Assembly: GCA_028277845.1 (NCBI GenBank)
Contig: JANQFL010000011.1
Location: 200,887 to 264,886, forward strand
Length of the DNA: 64,000 bases
From: Sneathiellales bacterium
GTDB taxonomy: Bacteria > Pseudomonadota > Alphaproteobacteria > JANQFL01
Direction of reading: 5' to 3'
Below, one piece after another: positions 28,133 to 38,151 of the stretch (the stretch's first letter is position 1; every line of letters starts with the position of its first letter). Made by a program: the position numbers and the translations under genes. A model generated the notes under the pieces. It did no database searches. It was given only the letters and a program-made list of their open reading frames with translations, and was not told where the DNA came from.

Positions 28133-29008
28133 GTGATTTCAGCCGAAGAACACCCGAAACAATTCCGCACCGTTCTGGGTAAACGCATGGCCTATGTGGA
28201 ATTTGGCGACGGCGACCCGATCGTGTTTCTGCATGGCAATCCGACGTCGTCCTATCTTTGGCGCAACATCATGCCCTACATGAAGGATATGGGGCGGTGC
28301 CTGGCGCCAGATCTGATCGGCATGGGCGACTCCGAAAAGCTCGACGAGCCCGGTCCGGACAGCTACCGGTTCGTCGAACACCGGAAATATCTCGACGCCC
28401 TGCTGGATGATTTGGATGTCCGCGAGAACGTGACGTTCGTCATTCACGACTGGGGGTCGGCACTCGGCTTCGACTGGGCCAACCGGCACCGGGACGCGGT
28501 GCGCGGCATTGTTTACATGGAAGGCATCGTGCGGCCGGTCACCTGGGCCGACTGGCCCGATGCGGCGCGTCAGGTGTTCCAGGGCTTCCGCTCCAAGGCC
28601 GGCGAGGGCATGGTGCTGGAAAACAACGTCTTCGTGGAGCGGGTTCTGCCCGGTTCGATTCTGCGCAAAATGACCGACGCGGAGATGGCCGTATACCGGC
28701 GGCCGTTCCTGAATACGGGCGAGGACCGGCGACCCACCCTGACTTGGCCGCGCCAAATCCCCATTGAAGGGGAACCCGCCGACGTCACGGAAATCGTCCA
28801 GGCCTATTCCGATTGGATGAGCGCCAACGATTTACCCAAACTGTTCGTCAACGCCGAACCCGGCGCCATTCTGACCGGTCCGCAAAGGGAGTTTTGCCGG
28901 AGCTGGAACAATCAGACCGAGGTAACCGTCAAGGGCAGCCACTTCATTCAGGAAGACTCGCCGGATGATATCGGCCGGGCCATCGCCGAATGGCTTGCCG
29001 GCCTGTAA
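28133..29008 (+). CDS. Haloalkane dehalogenase (LinB/DhaA-like)
   Basis: [12 protein letters not shown], nucleophile HDWG, ME acid, GSHFIQED. Confidence 0.92.
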   Translation: MISAEEHPKQFRTVLGKRMAYVEFGDGDPIVFLHGNPTSSYLWRNIMPYMKDMGRCLAPDLIGMGDSEKLDEPGPDSYRFVEHRKYLDALLDDLDVRENVTFVIHDWGSALGFDWANRHRDAVRGIVYMEGIVRPVTWADWPDAARQVFQGFRSKAGEGMVLENNVFVERVLPGSILRKMTDAEMAVYRRPFLNTGEDRRPTLTWPRQIPIEGEPADVTEIVQAYSDWMSANDLPKLFVNAEPGAILTGPQREFCRSWNNQTEVTVKGSHFIQEDSPDDIGRAIAEWLAGL

Positions 29009-29050
29009 TAGACGCCCATTCCCATCCAAAATTCGTATCGAGGATTGATC

Positions 29051-30022
29051 ATGCCGCTCCCCGCCTCCTTTCAGGGCACGCTCAGCGTGCCCGTCGTCGC
29101 CGCTCCCATGTTCCTCACCTCCGGTCCCGACCTGGTGGTCGAATGTTGCGTCAATGGGGTCGTCGGCACGTTCCCCGCCCTCAATCAGCGTACGACGGAG
29201 GATTTCGAGGCATGGGTGGTGGAAATCAAGGACCGGCTTGCGGCCTACGAGGCGGCGAACCCGGGCCGCAAGGCGGCTCCGTTCGGCGTCAACCTGATCG
29301 TGCACCACACCAACCCACGGGTCGAAGCCGACCTGGCCGTGTGCGTCAAACACGAAGTACCGCTGTTGATCACCTCGCTCGGCGCCGTGTCCGAGCTGGT
29401 CGACCAAGTGCATGGCTATGGCGGCGTCGTGTTCCACGACGTCACCAACGTGCGCCACGCCAGGAATGCCGCACGCGCCAATGTGGACGGCTTGATTTTG
29501 GTTTGCGCCGGAGCGGGCGGCCATGCGGGCGTGCTCAGCCCCTTCGCCCTGCTGCCGGAAATCCGGCAGTTCTTCGACGGCACGGTCCTGCTGGCCGGCG
29601 CCATTTCGGATGGCCGGCAAGTGGCCGCAGCGCAGGCCATGGGTGCCGATTTGGCCTATCTCGGAACCCGCTTCATTGCCACGCAGGAAAGCACGGTGCC
29701 GGAGGAAAACCGCTCCATGATCATCGGCAGCGCTGCCGCCGACATCATTTATACGCCCGCGATATCGGGTATTCCGGCCAATTTCCTGCGCAAGAGCATC
29801 GAGCAGGCCGGCCTCGATCCCGACAACCTACCGACGAAAAACGAGATCGACATGGGTGCCGAGCTGGACACGGAATCCCGGGCCTGGAAAAATATCTGGT
29901 CGGCGGGCCAGGGGGTCGGGTCCATCGACGATGTACCCACAACGGCCGACCTGTGCCGCAGACTGGGTGACGAGTACCGGGATGCCATCGCGGCGCTCAA
30001 CGCCAACGCCATCCGCACCTGA
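29051..30022 (+). CDS. Nitronate monooxygenase family flavoprotein
   Basis: APMFL, GAGGHAG, GTRFIATQE, WSAGQG. Confidence 0.9.
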   Translation: MPLPASFQGTLSVPVVAAPMFLTSGPDLVVECCVNGVVGTFPALNQRTTEDFEAWVVEIKDRLAAYEAANPGRKAAPFGVNLIVHHTNPRVEADLAVCVKHEVPLLITSLGAVSELVDQVHGYGGVVFHDVTNVRHARNAARANVDGLILVCAGAGGHAGVLSPFALLPEIRQFFDGTVLLAGAISDGRQVAAAQAMGADLAYLGTRFIATQESTVPEENRSMIIGSAAADIIYTPAISGIPANFLRKSIEQAGLDPDNLPTKNEIDMGAELDTESRAWKNIWSAGQGVGSIDDVPTTADLCRRLGDEYRDAIAALNANAIRT

Positions 30023-30057
30023 CAGGCGCGGCCTCCCGGGCCATGCGCCGGTATGAA

Positions 30058-30657
30058 CTAACGGTTCTTGGTCTGGTTGAATTTCAGCTGTTCCTCGGTC
30101 AGCTGGAAGCCGACCAGGACGCCGACATCGGATGCTATTTCGCCCGGACCCAGGTTGAAGTCGACATCAAAAGCTTCCCTGCGGCGGGAAAGCTGGACGT
30201 TTTCCGGGAACCGTAGCAGCGTCTTGAACACCGCTTTGTCGCGGATTTCGCCGGTCCTGTCCATCTTGGCGACGAAAATGGGCAGGGCGATTTCCAGCGG
30301 CTTGGATCGCGGCGCAGCCGGGCCGCGCTTTGCCGCCACCTCGACAACGACGATCGCGCTGAGCGCGCCATCCTTGCCGTAGCGGCACTCCAGAGCGCCG
30401 CCGACGAAGTCCGCATCGAAGGTTACATCGATCAAATCACGGCCGATGCCGATCTTGAACGTGGTCATCGTATCCGTGTGTGGCGGAATGGCGATATTCG
30501 GGCAGACTTTGTCGGCACCGCCCGAGAACAACCCACCTGAGAACAGGTCTTCGGTCATCACGGCCGCGGTATCACATCCGCTCAACGCGGCGGCCCCGGC
30601 GACGGCCATGACAACACCGGCTAGCCGTGACGCCAAACTTCTTGGGGAACTGAGCAT
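30058..30657 (-). CDS. Hypothetical lipoprotein
   Basis: Signal peptide with LSGC lipobox; CP...C...RGPA...VLVGFQL. Confidence 0.65.
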   Translation of the reverse strand: MLSSPRSLASRLAGVVMAVAGAAALSGCDTAAVMTEDLFSGGLFSGGADKVCPNIAIPPHTDTMTTFKIGIGRDLIDVTFDADFVGGALECRYGKDGALSAIVVVEVAAKRGPAAPRSKPLEIALPIFVAKMDRTGEIRDKAVFKTLLRFPENVQLSRRREAFDVDFNLGPGEIASDVGVLVGFQLTEEQLKFNQTKNR

Positions 30658-30678
30658 TATGATTGGCTGGCCCTGAAA

Positions 30679-30918
30679 CTACATTTTGTTGTGCGCGCCA
30701 TCGCACAGAGGTTTTTTACCGCTGTTCTTGCAGCCACAAAAATAGACCGTCTTGGCCTTTTCGGCCTGCCATTTGACCGGCGAGAACCCGGTATCCTTGT
30801 GCGAGCCATCGCAAAACGGCTGCTTCTGGCTGCGGCCGCATGCGCACCAGAAGTAGGATTTACCCTCCTCGACATCAACTGCGAAGGGTCCCTTCTGCGC
30901 AACCACTGGCTCAGCCAT
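30679..30918 (-). CDS. CDGSH iron-sulfur domain protein (two domains)
   Basis: [17 protein letters not shown] and [17 protein letters not shown]. Confidence 0.93.
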   Translation of the reverse strand: MAEPVVAQKGPFAVDVEEGKSYFWCACGRSQKQPFCDGSHKDTGFSPVKWQAEKAKTVYFCGCKNSGKKPLCDGAHNKM

Positions 30919-31065
30919 ATCCCGTCTTCCTTCTTGGCACGCTGTATATTAGGTTCGGTCGGCACCTATCGGCGGGACCGGGTGGTGGCACGGACTTTAC
31001 TGGCCAAGCGCCTGATGTACAAGGACACCTTGGTTGCGTGGATCAATCGAGCCGGCACGAATCGC

Positions 31066-32013
31066 ATGGAAGAGAAACCGAACCTGACATTACTTCTGGC
31101 CAACCCGCGCGGGTTTTGCGCCGGCGTCGACCGGGCGATCCAAATCGTTGAGATCGCGCTGCGCAAATACGGCGCGCCGGTCTATGTGCGGCACGAAATC
31201 GTGCACAACCGCTATGTGGTCGAATCCCTCGAAAGCGCAGGCGCCGTGTTCGTGGAGGACCTGGACGAGGTCCCCGACGGCGTGCCCGTCGTGTTCTCCG
31301 CCCACGGCGTGCCCAAATCCGTACCGGCCGAGGCCGAGCGCCGCGGCCTTTTCTACCTGGACGCCACCTGTCCCCTGGTCAGCAAAGTCCACCGGGAGGC
31401 GGAACGCCACCACGACAAGGACCGGCGCATTGTCATGATCGGGCATGCCGGGCACCCGGAAGTGATCGGCACCATGGGCCAACTGCCCGAAGGCGCGGTC
31501 ATCCTGGTGGAGAACGAAGAACAGGCGGCAACGGTTGCCGTCGACCATCCCGATCATTTGGCCTTCATCACCCAGACCACGCTTTCGGTGGACGAGACGG
31601 CGGGTATCATCGACATCCTCAAACGCCGCTTTCCGGCGATCCAGAGTCCACGCAAGGAGGATATTTGCTATGCCACCACCAACCGCCAGCAGGCCGTCAA
31701 AACCCTGGCGCCGCGCTGCGATGCGGTACTGGTGATCGGCGCGCCCAATTCGTCCAACTCCCTGCGGCTGGTGGAAGTGGCGCGCACTGCCGGTTGCGCC
31801 AATGCCGTTCTTGTGCAGCGGGCCGACGACATCGACTGGCCGTCGCTGGCCGGCGCCGGAACCGTGGCCATCACGGCCGGGGCATCGGCCCCTGAAATTC
31901 TGGTGGAGGAAGTGATCACCGCGTTCCGGGAACGCTACACCGTCGCCATCGAAAGTGCCGTCGAAGTGCCCGAAAACGTTCATTTCAAGCTGCCGCGCGC
32001 GCTGGCTGGCTGA
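31066..32013 (+). CDS. ispH: 4-hydroxy-3-methylbut-2-enyl diphosphate reductase
   Basis: [29 protein letters not shown]. Confidence 0.97.
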   Translation: MEEKPNLTLLLANPRGFCAGVDRAIQIVEIALRKYGAPVYVRHEIVHNRYVVESLESAGAVFVEDLDEVPDGVPVVFSAHGVPKSVPAEAERRGLFYLDATCPLVSKVHREAERHHDKDRRIVMIGHAGHPEVIGTMGQLPEGAVILVENEEQAATVAVDHPDHLAFITQTTLSVDETAGIIDILKRRFPAIQSPRKEDICYATTNRQQAVKTLAPRCDAVLVIGAPNSSNSLRLVEVARTAGCANAVLVQRADDIDWPSLAGAGTVAITAGASAPEILVEEVITAFRERYTVAIESAVEVPENVHFKLPRALAG

Positions 32014-32039
32014 CTGCACGGACCGGGAGCGGACAGAGC

Positions 32040-33002
32040 ATGGCAGTTTATACGGAGGTTGGCGACGAGGAACTGGAAGCGTTTCTCGCCGAGTATGACA
32101 TCGGCACGGTGGTGTCTTGCAAGGGCATTGCCGAAGGTGTCGAGAACTCCAACTACCTGCTGCAAACGGACCGGAATACATTCATCCTCACCCTGTATGA
32201 GAAACGGGTGCGCGAGGAGGATCTGCCCTTCTTCATTGCCCTGATGGACCATTTGGCCGGCAAAGGGCTGAGTTGCCCGACACCGGTTCACGGCAAGGAC
32301 GGGGAGGCGCTGCGCCGTCTCGCCGACCGGCCCGCAGCCATCATCAGCTTTCTGCAGGGCATGTGGGTGCGCAAGCCGACGCCGCAGCATTGCCACGGCC
32401 TGGGCCAGGCGCTGGCGGAATTTCATCTGGCCGGCCAGGACTTCGCCATGCAACGGCCCAATGACCTGTCGGTCAAGGGCTGGCATACGCTGTTCGCCGA
32501 CTGTGCCGAGCGGGCCGATACGGTCGCGCCCGGCCTGCGCGACGAACTGGAAAGCGAACTGAACTATCTGACCGCACACTGGCCCGGCGACCTACCGAGT
32601 GGCGTCATCCATGCCGACCTGTTCCCCGACAACGTGTTTTTCCTCGGCAAGACACTGTCGGGGTTGATCGACTTCTATTTCGCCTGCAACGACTTCCTGG
32701 CCTACGACATCGCCGTTTGCCTCAACGCCTGGTGTTTCGAACCCGATACGTCGTTCAACGTCACCAAGGCCCGGTTGATGCTGCAGGCCTACCGCGATGT
32801 CCGGCCCATATCCTCGAACGAGCTTCAAGCCCTTCCTCTGCTGTCCCGCGGCGCGGCGCTCCGCTTTCTGCTGACCCGCCTTTATGACTGGCTCAATCAG
32901 ATCGAAGGTGCCCTGGTCAAACCCAAGGACCCGATCGAGTACCTGCGCAAGATCCGTTTTCACCGGGATGTCGGCGGCCCCGGCGCCTACGGACTGGATT
33001 GA
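32040..33002 (+). CDS. thrB: Homoserine kinase (type II)
   Basis: [27 protein letters not shown]; ispH-thrB-rnhA order. Confidence 0.95.
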   Translation: MAVYTEVGDEELEAFLAEYDIGTVVSCKGIAEGVENSNYLLQTDRNTFILTLYEKRVREEDLPFFIALMDHLAGKGLSCPTPVHGKDGEALRRLADRPAAIISFLQGMWVRKPTPQHCHGLGQALAEFHLAGQDFAMQRPNDLSVKGWHTLFADCAERADTVAPGLRDELESELNYLTAHWPGDLPSGVIHADLFPDNVFFLGKTLSGLIDFYFACNDFLAYDIAVCLNAWCFEPDTSFNVTKARLMLQAYRDVRPISSNELQALPLLSRGAALRFLLTRLYDWLNQIEGALVKPKDPIEYLRKIRFHRDVGGPGAYGLD

Positions 33003-33005
33003 AGC

Positions 33006-33440
33006 ATGGGTGTGGTGGAGATCTATACGGACGGCGCCTGTTCGGGCAATCCCGGGCCCGGCGGCTGGGGCGCCCTGTTGCGCTACAACGGCACCGAACG
33101 GGAACTGTTCGGCGGCGAGACCGGAACCACCAACAACCGCATGGAGCTGATGGCCGCCATCGAAGCCCTGAATGCCTTGAAGCGGCCCTGCACGGTCCAT
33201 CTCTATACCGACAGCACCTATGTCAAACAGGGCATCACAGACTGGATCAACCGTTGGAAAGCCAACGGCTGGCGTACCGCCGGCAAGAAACCGGTAAAAA
33301 ATCAGGACTTGTGGCAGGCCCTGGATGACGCGTTGGTGCGCCACGATATCGAGTGGCATTGGGTCAAGGGCCACGCCGGCCACCCTGACAACGAACGCGC
33401 CGACGAACTGGCCCGGCGCGGTATTCCGGGCAGCGAATGA
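33006..33440 (+). CDS. rnhA: Ribonuclease HI
   Basis: [37 protein letters not shown]. Confidence 0.97.
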   Translation: MGVVEIYTDGACSGNPGPGGWGALLRYNGTERELFGGETGTTNNRMELMAAIEALNALKRPCTVHLYTDSTYVKQGITDWINRWKANGWRTAGKKPVKNQDLWQALDDALVRHDIEWHWVKGHAGHPDNERADELARRGIPGSE

Positions 33441-33446
33441 CAGATA

Positions 33447-33923
33447 TCAGTTCTCCCGTACTGGTTTGAACGCGTGCACGCCTGCGGCTACTTGCCGTTG
33501 CTGGGCGGGAGTCATGTGTTCCAGCAAAACGTCGCGTCGTTTTGCTGCCCAGTCCAGCCCCTGTCGGGCGGCCAAGGACAGCCAGGTCACCGCGCGCACA
33601 AGTGAGTCTGCGTCCGTTGCATCGCGGGACAACAAGTGACCGAGTTGTTGCTGAGCGAACCCGTCACCGCGCCGTGCCGCGAAGCGGTACCAATGCTTGG
33701 CCCTGGCAAGATCCCTATCGACGCCTTCCCCGGTTTCATAGAGCCCGGCCAACGCCGCTGCCGCCCCGACATGCCCGTTCGCCGCAGCTGACGTCCATTG
33801 GCGTACGGCTTCTCCGTAATCGCCGCCGTCGTAGGCGCGTGCGCCTTCGGCCATGCCGTTCGCATAGACCGGACCGATGGCCACGACGACCACTGCGAAA
33901 ATGGCACAAAAAAGGGGAGCCAT
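33447..33923 (-). CDS. Exported Sel1-repeat protein
   Basis: Signal peptide; LAGLYETGEGVDRDLARAKHWY; AVTWLSLAA. Confidence 0.8.
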   Translation of the reverse strand: MAPLFCAIFAVVVVAIGPVYANGMAEGARAYDGGDYGEAVRQWTSAAANGHVGAAAALAGLYETGEGVDRDLARAKHWYRFAARRGDGFAQQQLGHLLSRDATDADSLVRAVTWLSLAARQGLDWAAKRRDVLLEHMTPAQQRQVAAGVHAFKPVREN

Positions 33924-33934
33924 GCCCCCCTTTT
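33908..33934 (-). terminator. Intrinsic terminator-like hairpin after the peroxiredoxin gene
   Basis: Minus strand GGGGGGC-ATG-GCTCCCC-TTTTTT. Confidence 0.55.
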
Positions 33935-33960
33935 CCGTCAAATTCCTCATCACTGGACCA

Positions 33961-34443
33961 TCAGAGATGCTCGAGGATGGTTTCCGCGTTGCTGACCTCG
34001 AAGGACGGCCCCTGTTCCACGTTCAGGTCGGTGACGACGCCGTCATCGACGATCATGGAATAACGCTGCGAGCGCACGCCCATGCCGCGCTCCGTCAGGT
34101 CCAGCACCAAGCCGGCGGCCTGTGTGAATTGAGCACTGCCGTCCGCCAACATGGCGACCTTGTCACCGACGTTTTGGTCCTTGCCCCACGCACCCATGAC
34201 GAAGGCATCGTTGACCGACAGGCAGGCGATGGTGTCGACGCCCTTGGCTTTGATGTCATCGGCATGATTGACGAATCCGGGCAAGTGTTGCGCCGAGCAA
34301 GTCGGGGTGAAAGCGCCGGGAAGCGCGAATACTACGACTTTCTTACCGGAAAACAGATCCGAACTCGATACGGCCTGCGGTCCGGATTCGGTCATCTGCA
34401 TGAAAGTCGCGTCGGGTACTTTATCGCCTACCTTTAGAGTCAT
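33961..34443 (-). CDS. Peroxiredoxin (Prx5 family)
   Basis: PGAFTPTCS, VNDAFVM, RSQRYSM. Confidence 0.95.
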   Translation of the reverse strand: MTLKVGDKVPDATFMQMTESGPQAVSSSDLFSGKKVVVFALPGAFTPTCSAQHLPGFVNHADDIKAKGVDTIACLSVNDAFVMGAWGKDQNVGDKVAMLADGSAQFTQAAGLVLDLTERGMGVRSQRYSMIVDDGVVTDLNVEQGPSFEVSNAETILEHL

Positions 34444-34583
34444 TTTGCCCTCTCGTTGTACGTGGCGGCTTTTTCATGAATAACCTCCACGGTTTGTTGA
34501 CACTTCGCAATCGGAAATAGGCATTCTCGGCGGCAAGTCCAGTCCTTTGTGGAACAGCCATCGGAATACCGTTCCATTTAGCG

Positions 34584-35540
34584 TTACTTTGCCGGCAAGG
34601 AAATTCGTCTTTCGATCGCACGCCCACCGTCGATGACCGTCAATATCAACGTTTTGCCGGTGACCGACCGCATTTTGGTGTGGCTCACCGCGATGCGCGC
34701 CGTCATGTCGCGCCCGCCGCTACCCGCCGCCGAGAACTCCGGCCGGGAAAAATGATAGGGCGGCGCACCCGGCACAGCTTCCTCGACCAGGATATCCGGC
34801 ATTCCGAGCGCGGTTTCCGACCGGAGACGGACAATCAACACCTCCTGTCCCGCCGCGCCTTCGACCGCCGCGGACGCCACCGCCAGTCCGCCGGCCATGC
34901 CCCCGCCTTCGACGACCACGGGAACCCGGCGGAGATACCGTTCCAGCAGCGGTGCGAATACCGTTGGTTTCGCCGCCGCAACCGGCAATCTCAGTGACAA
35001 CTCCGCCGTATAGGGAATACAAATCTCCCGGCACAGGCCGTAATCCAGCTTCAGTTCGAGGCGCACGGGCTTGGCTGCATTGCCCGGCCGAACCCGCAAC
35101 GGATAGACCACTTCGTCGGCGTAGGCGAAGGTATCGAAACCGAAAATGGTGTAGCGTTTTGGCGCCGGCCACAACGTCGCCACATGCGCAACGTTTTCCG
35201 ACCGCGACCAATCGAAATGAGGTGGAAGTCCGGACTCGCCGGGCGAACGCCAATAGATCTTCCAGCCGGGATCGAGTTCGACCTGCAATCCAACCAACAT
35301 GGTTTCGGCCGTTGCATCCACCGCCGATACCAGGCGCATGCGTCCCTGGTCGTTGGACAACCACGACGATGCCCCTTCCAGCGCCAATGCCTGACTTTGA
35401 CAGGCGAACAATACCGACGCCATGAACGCCGGTCGGGCAAGCCAGGGAAATAATTTTGACAACGTATTCAATCTTGTACCCAGTAAACGTATCTGCTCCG
35501 CGGTGTTTTGTTGGCTGGTCCGCAACACATTGTTAGCCAT
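34584..35540 (-). CDS. DsbD N-terminal-domain protein (start may be 35423)
   Basis: GWKIYWRSPGESG, LCREICIP. Confidence 0.85.
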   Translation of the reverse strand: MANNVLRTSQQNTAEQIRLLGTRLNTLSKLFPWLARPAFMASVLFACQSQALALEGASSWLSNDQGRMRLVSAVDATAETMLVGLQVELDPGWKIYWRSPGESGLPPHFDWSRSENVAHVATLWPAPKRYTIFGFDTFAYADEVVYPLRVRPGNAAKPVRLELKLDYGLCREICIPYTAELSLRLPVAAAKPTVFAPLLERYLRRVPVVVEGGGMAGGLAVASAAVEGAAGQEVLIVRLRSETALGMPDILVEEAVPGAPPYHFSRPEFSAAGSGGRDMTARIAVSHTKMRSVTGKTLILTVIDGGRAIERRISLPAK

Positions 35541-35631
35541 TATTCGGCGAGGAATGTTTAGGAACGAGTCACTTTATCGTGCGCATAATATCCGTGCCGA
35601 CATCTTTCCGTTTCGCTAAACTGTCCGAGTG

Positions 35632-36204
35632 ATGAACGAAGCAAACGAAGAAGGTTATCTGGAAGGCCAGTTGCTGATCGCCATGCCCAGCATGACCGAT
35701 CCGCGGTTCGAGCGGACGGTGATCTATATGTGCGCCCATTCCGCCGCCGGCGCCATGGGGCTGGTCATCAACAAGGCGGCCGAAACGATCACCTTTCCCG
35801 ACCTTCTCGTCCAACTTGGGATCGAACCTGTCGACACGACGCGGAACATCACCGTGCATTTTGGCGGGCCCGTCGATTCCGGCCGGGGTTTTGTCCTGCA
35901 CTCCGCCGACTATGTGCGCGAGGGAACCTTGCTGGTCAGCGACGATGTCGCCCTGACTGCCACGCTCGATGTCTTGCGTTCCATGGCGGACGGCACGGGG
36001 CCGCAGCAATCCATGCTTGCATTGGGCTATGCCGGTTGGGCGCCGGGGCAGTTGGACGCCGAAATTCAGGCGAACGGCTGGCTGCACACCGAAGCCGATA
36101 CCGACCTGGTATTCGACGCGACCCTCGAAGACAAATGGGAACGGGCGTTCGAAACTCTGGGCATCGATCCCAGCCTGCTGTCCATGGACGCCGGCCACGC
36201 CTGA
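35632..36204 (+). CDS. YqgE/AlgH family protein
   Basis: LLIAMP, GAMGLVIN, GGPV, GYAGW, GHA C-terminus. Confidence 0.93.
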   Translation: MNEANEEGYLEGQLLIAMPSMTDPRFERTVIYMCAHSAAGAMGLVINKAAETITFPDLLVQLGIEPVDTTRNITVHFGGPVDSGRGFVLHSADYVREGTLLVSDDVALTATLDVLRSMADGTGPQQSMLALGYAGWAPGQLDAEIQANGWLHTEADTDLVFDATLEDKWERAFETLGIDPSLLSMDAGHA

Positions 36205-36213
36205 GAGTTGGCC

Positions 36214-36804
36214 TCAGCGCACGGGGGCGTCGTTGACCAACCCATACAAGACGTGATCCTGCCACCGGCCGTCTATCTTGAGATAAGCGCGCGCATAGCC
36301 TTCCTCGCAAAACCCGACCGAACGCAACAAGCTGCGGCTTGCCGTGTTGTTGGGTAGACAGGCGGCTTCGATGCGGTGCAGGCGCAAATCCCTGAAGCCG
36401 AACCGCACGACACGCGCCAGCGCGTCCTTCATGTAGCCCTGCCGGACAAACGATTCACCCATCCAGTATCCGACCGAACAGGCCCGCGAAACGCCATAGC
36501 GCAGATTGGACAAGGTAATACCGCCAACCAGCACCTCATCGGACGTGCGGAAAATCAGAAAACTGTATCCGGTGCCGTCGCGCGTCGCCTCGCCATGACG
36601 GCGCAGGCGGCGGCGGAACGCCGCCCGGGTCAGGCTGTCACGCGACCACTCGGGTTCCCAGGGTTTGAGAAACGTCTGGCTTCGTCCCCGCAACGCGGCC
36701 CATTCCTGCCAATCGCGATAGCGCGGTGGGCGCAGCGTCACGGCGTCCCCCGTCAGGGTAGGGCCCGGATTGGCGTAGAGAACCTTGTCGAACAGGACGT
36801 TCAC
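36214..36804 (-). CDS. rimJ: RimJ/RimL-family GNAT N-acetyltransferase
   Basis: FLKPWEP, GYWMG, LHRIEAACLP, WQDH. Confidence 0.8.
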   Translation of the reverse strand: MNVLFDKVLYANPGPTLTGDAVTLRPPRYRDWQEWAALRGRSQTFLKPWEPEWSRDSLTRAAFRRRLRRHGEATRDGTGYSFLIFRTSDEVLVGGITLSNLRYGVSRACSVGYWMGESFVRQGYMKDALARVVRFGFRDLRLHRIEAACLPNNTASRSLLRSVGFCEEGYARAYLKIDGRWQDHVLYGLVNDAPVR

Positions 36805-36863
36805 GGCATTCCAGATGCTGATTCCTTGGGAACGGGGACGCCAAATGCGTGCCCCGGGGAAGT

Positions 36864-38123
36864 TCAGCCAAATCTTGCCGCGATCCGCTCGTAGTTTTCA
36901 AGCCGCGTGATCGGTCCAATGGCAGCGACCGACGGCGTCCCTGCCTCGATCATGTCCCTGGCCGCCTTGCTGACCGACGCCGCATCGACGCTGTCGATGG
37001 CGTCGATGATTTCCCGGGTCGTCAGCGGCCGGCCGTAAACATGCATTTGCCGGCCCAGCTGCTCGCCGCGCGATGAAGAACTTTCCAGCGTCATCAGTAC
37101 ACTGGCCTTGAGCTGCGCCCGTGCCCGCGCGACCTCGCCCTCCTCCACCCGGTCTGCGACCTTGAGCACCTCGTCGCAAATGACGGGAACCAGTTCGGCG
37201 ATGTCGTCGGCACCGGTGCCGGCATAGATGGTGAACAGGCCGTCATCCATATATGATCCCGAGAACGAATAGACCGAATAGGCCAGCCCGCGGTTTTCCC
37301 GCACCTCCTGAAAGAGGCGCGACGACATGCCGCCACCCAGCACCGCCGACATCACCTGGGACGGGTAATATCCCTCATCGTGAAAGGCGACGCTGCGGAA
37401 CCCCAGGGTGAAATGCACCTGCTCCAACGACCGGGCATCCAGCACCGGGCCACCGGCATAACGCGCGCCTTCGGGTGCGTCGGCAACTGCGTCGGAGATG
37501 CCGGCGAAGGCCTTTTGCGCCAGTCCGACCACCGCATCGTGATCGACGCCGCCGGCGGCCGCCAATACCATGGTTCCTCCGGTGTAGTGCCTGTTCATGT
37601 AGCCCGACAGGTCGTTGCGGCCGAAGCCACGGACCCGGTCGACGGTACCGAGGATCGAGCGGCCCATGGCCTGTTCCGGATACGCCGCCATTTGCAGATT
37701 GTCGAACACGATGTCGTCGGGCGTGTCGTTGGTCTGGCCGATTTCCTGGATGATGACTTCGCGCTCGCGTTCCAGTTCGCCTTCGTCGAATACCGAATGC
37801 AACAGGATATCGCCAAGCAGGTCGACGGCCAGCGGCACGTCGCCTTTCAGCACCCGGGCAAAATACGCGGTCTGCTCACGACTGGTGTAGGCGTTGAGGT
37901 ACCCGCCCACCGCTTCGATGCATTCGGCGATTTCACGGGCGTCACGGCTTTCCGTACCCTTGAACGCCATATGTTCGAGCATGTGCGAGACGCCATTGCT
38001 CTCGGGGCTTTCGTTGCGGGCACCGACGCCGACCCAGACGCCGACGGATGCGGTCTCCAGATGCGGCATGGTGTGGGTCACGACACGCATGCCGTTGTCG
38101 AGGGTGGTTACGGAAACGTCCAA
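36864..38123 (-). CDS. M16 family zinc peptidase
   Basis: HMLEHMAFKGT, NAYTSREQT, GGGMSSRLFQEVRE; probable TTG start. Confidence 0.93.
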   Translation of the reverse strand: MDVSVTTLDNGMRVVTHTMPHLETASVGVWVGVGARNESPESNGVSHMLEHMAFKGTESRDAREIAECIEAVGGYLNAYTSREQTAYFARVLKGDVPLAVDLLGDILLHSVFDEGELEREREVIIQEIGQTNDTPDDIVFDNLQMAAYPEQAMGRSILGTVDRVRGFGRNDLSGYMNRHYTGGTMVLAAAGGVDHDAVVGLAQKAFAGISDAVADAPEGARYAGGPVLDARSLEQVHFTLGFRSVAFHDEGYYPSQVMSAVLGGGMSSRLFQEVRENRGLAYSVYSFSGSYMDDGLFTIYAGTGADDIAELVPVICDEVLKVADRVEEGEVARARAQLKASVLMTLESSSSRGEQLGRQMHVYGRPLTTREIIDAIDSVDAASVSKAARDMIEAGTPSVAAIGPITRLENYERIAARFG

Positions 38124-38151
38124 GGTCGGCGGACTCCGGTCTGTAAGTGGT

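Noticed and set aside
28133-29008. Renilla-type luciferase interpretation of the dehalogenase
   Set aside because: Same fold family, but nothing in sequence or context favours luciferase activity
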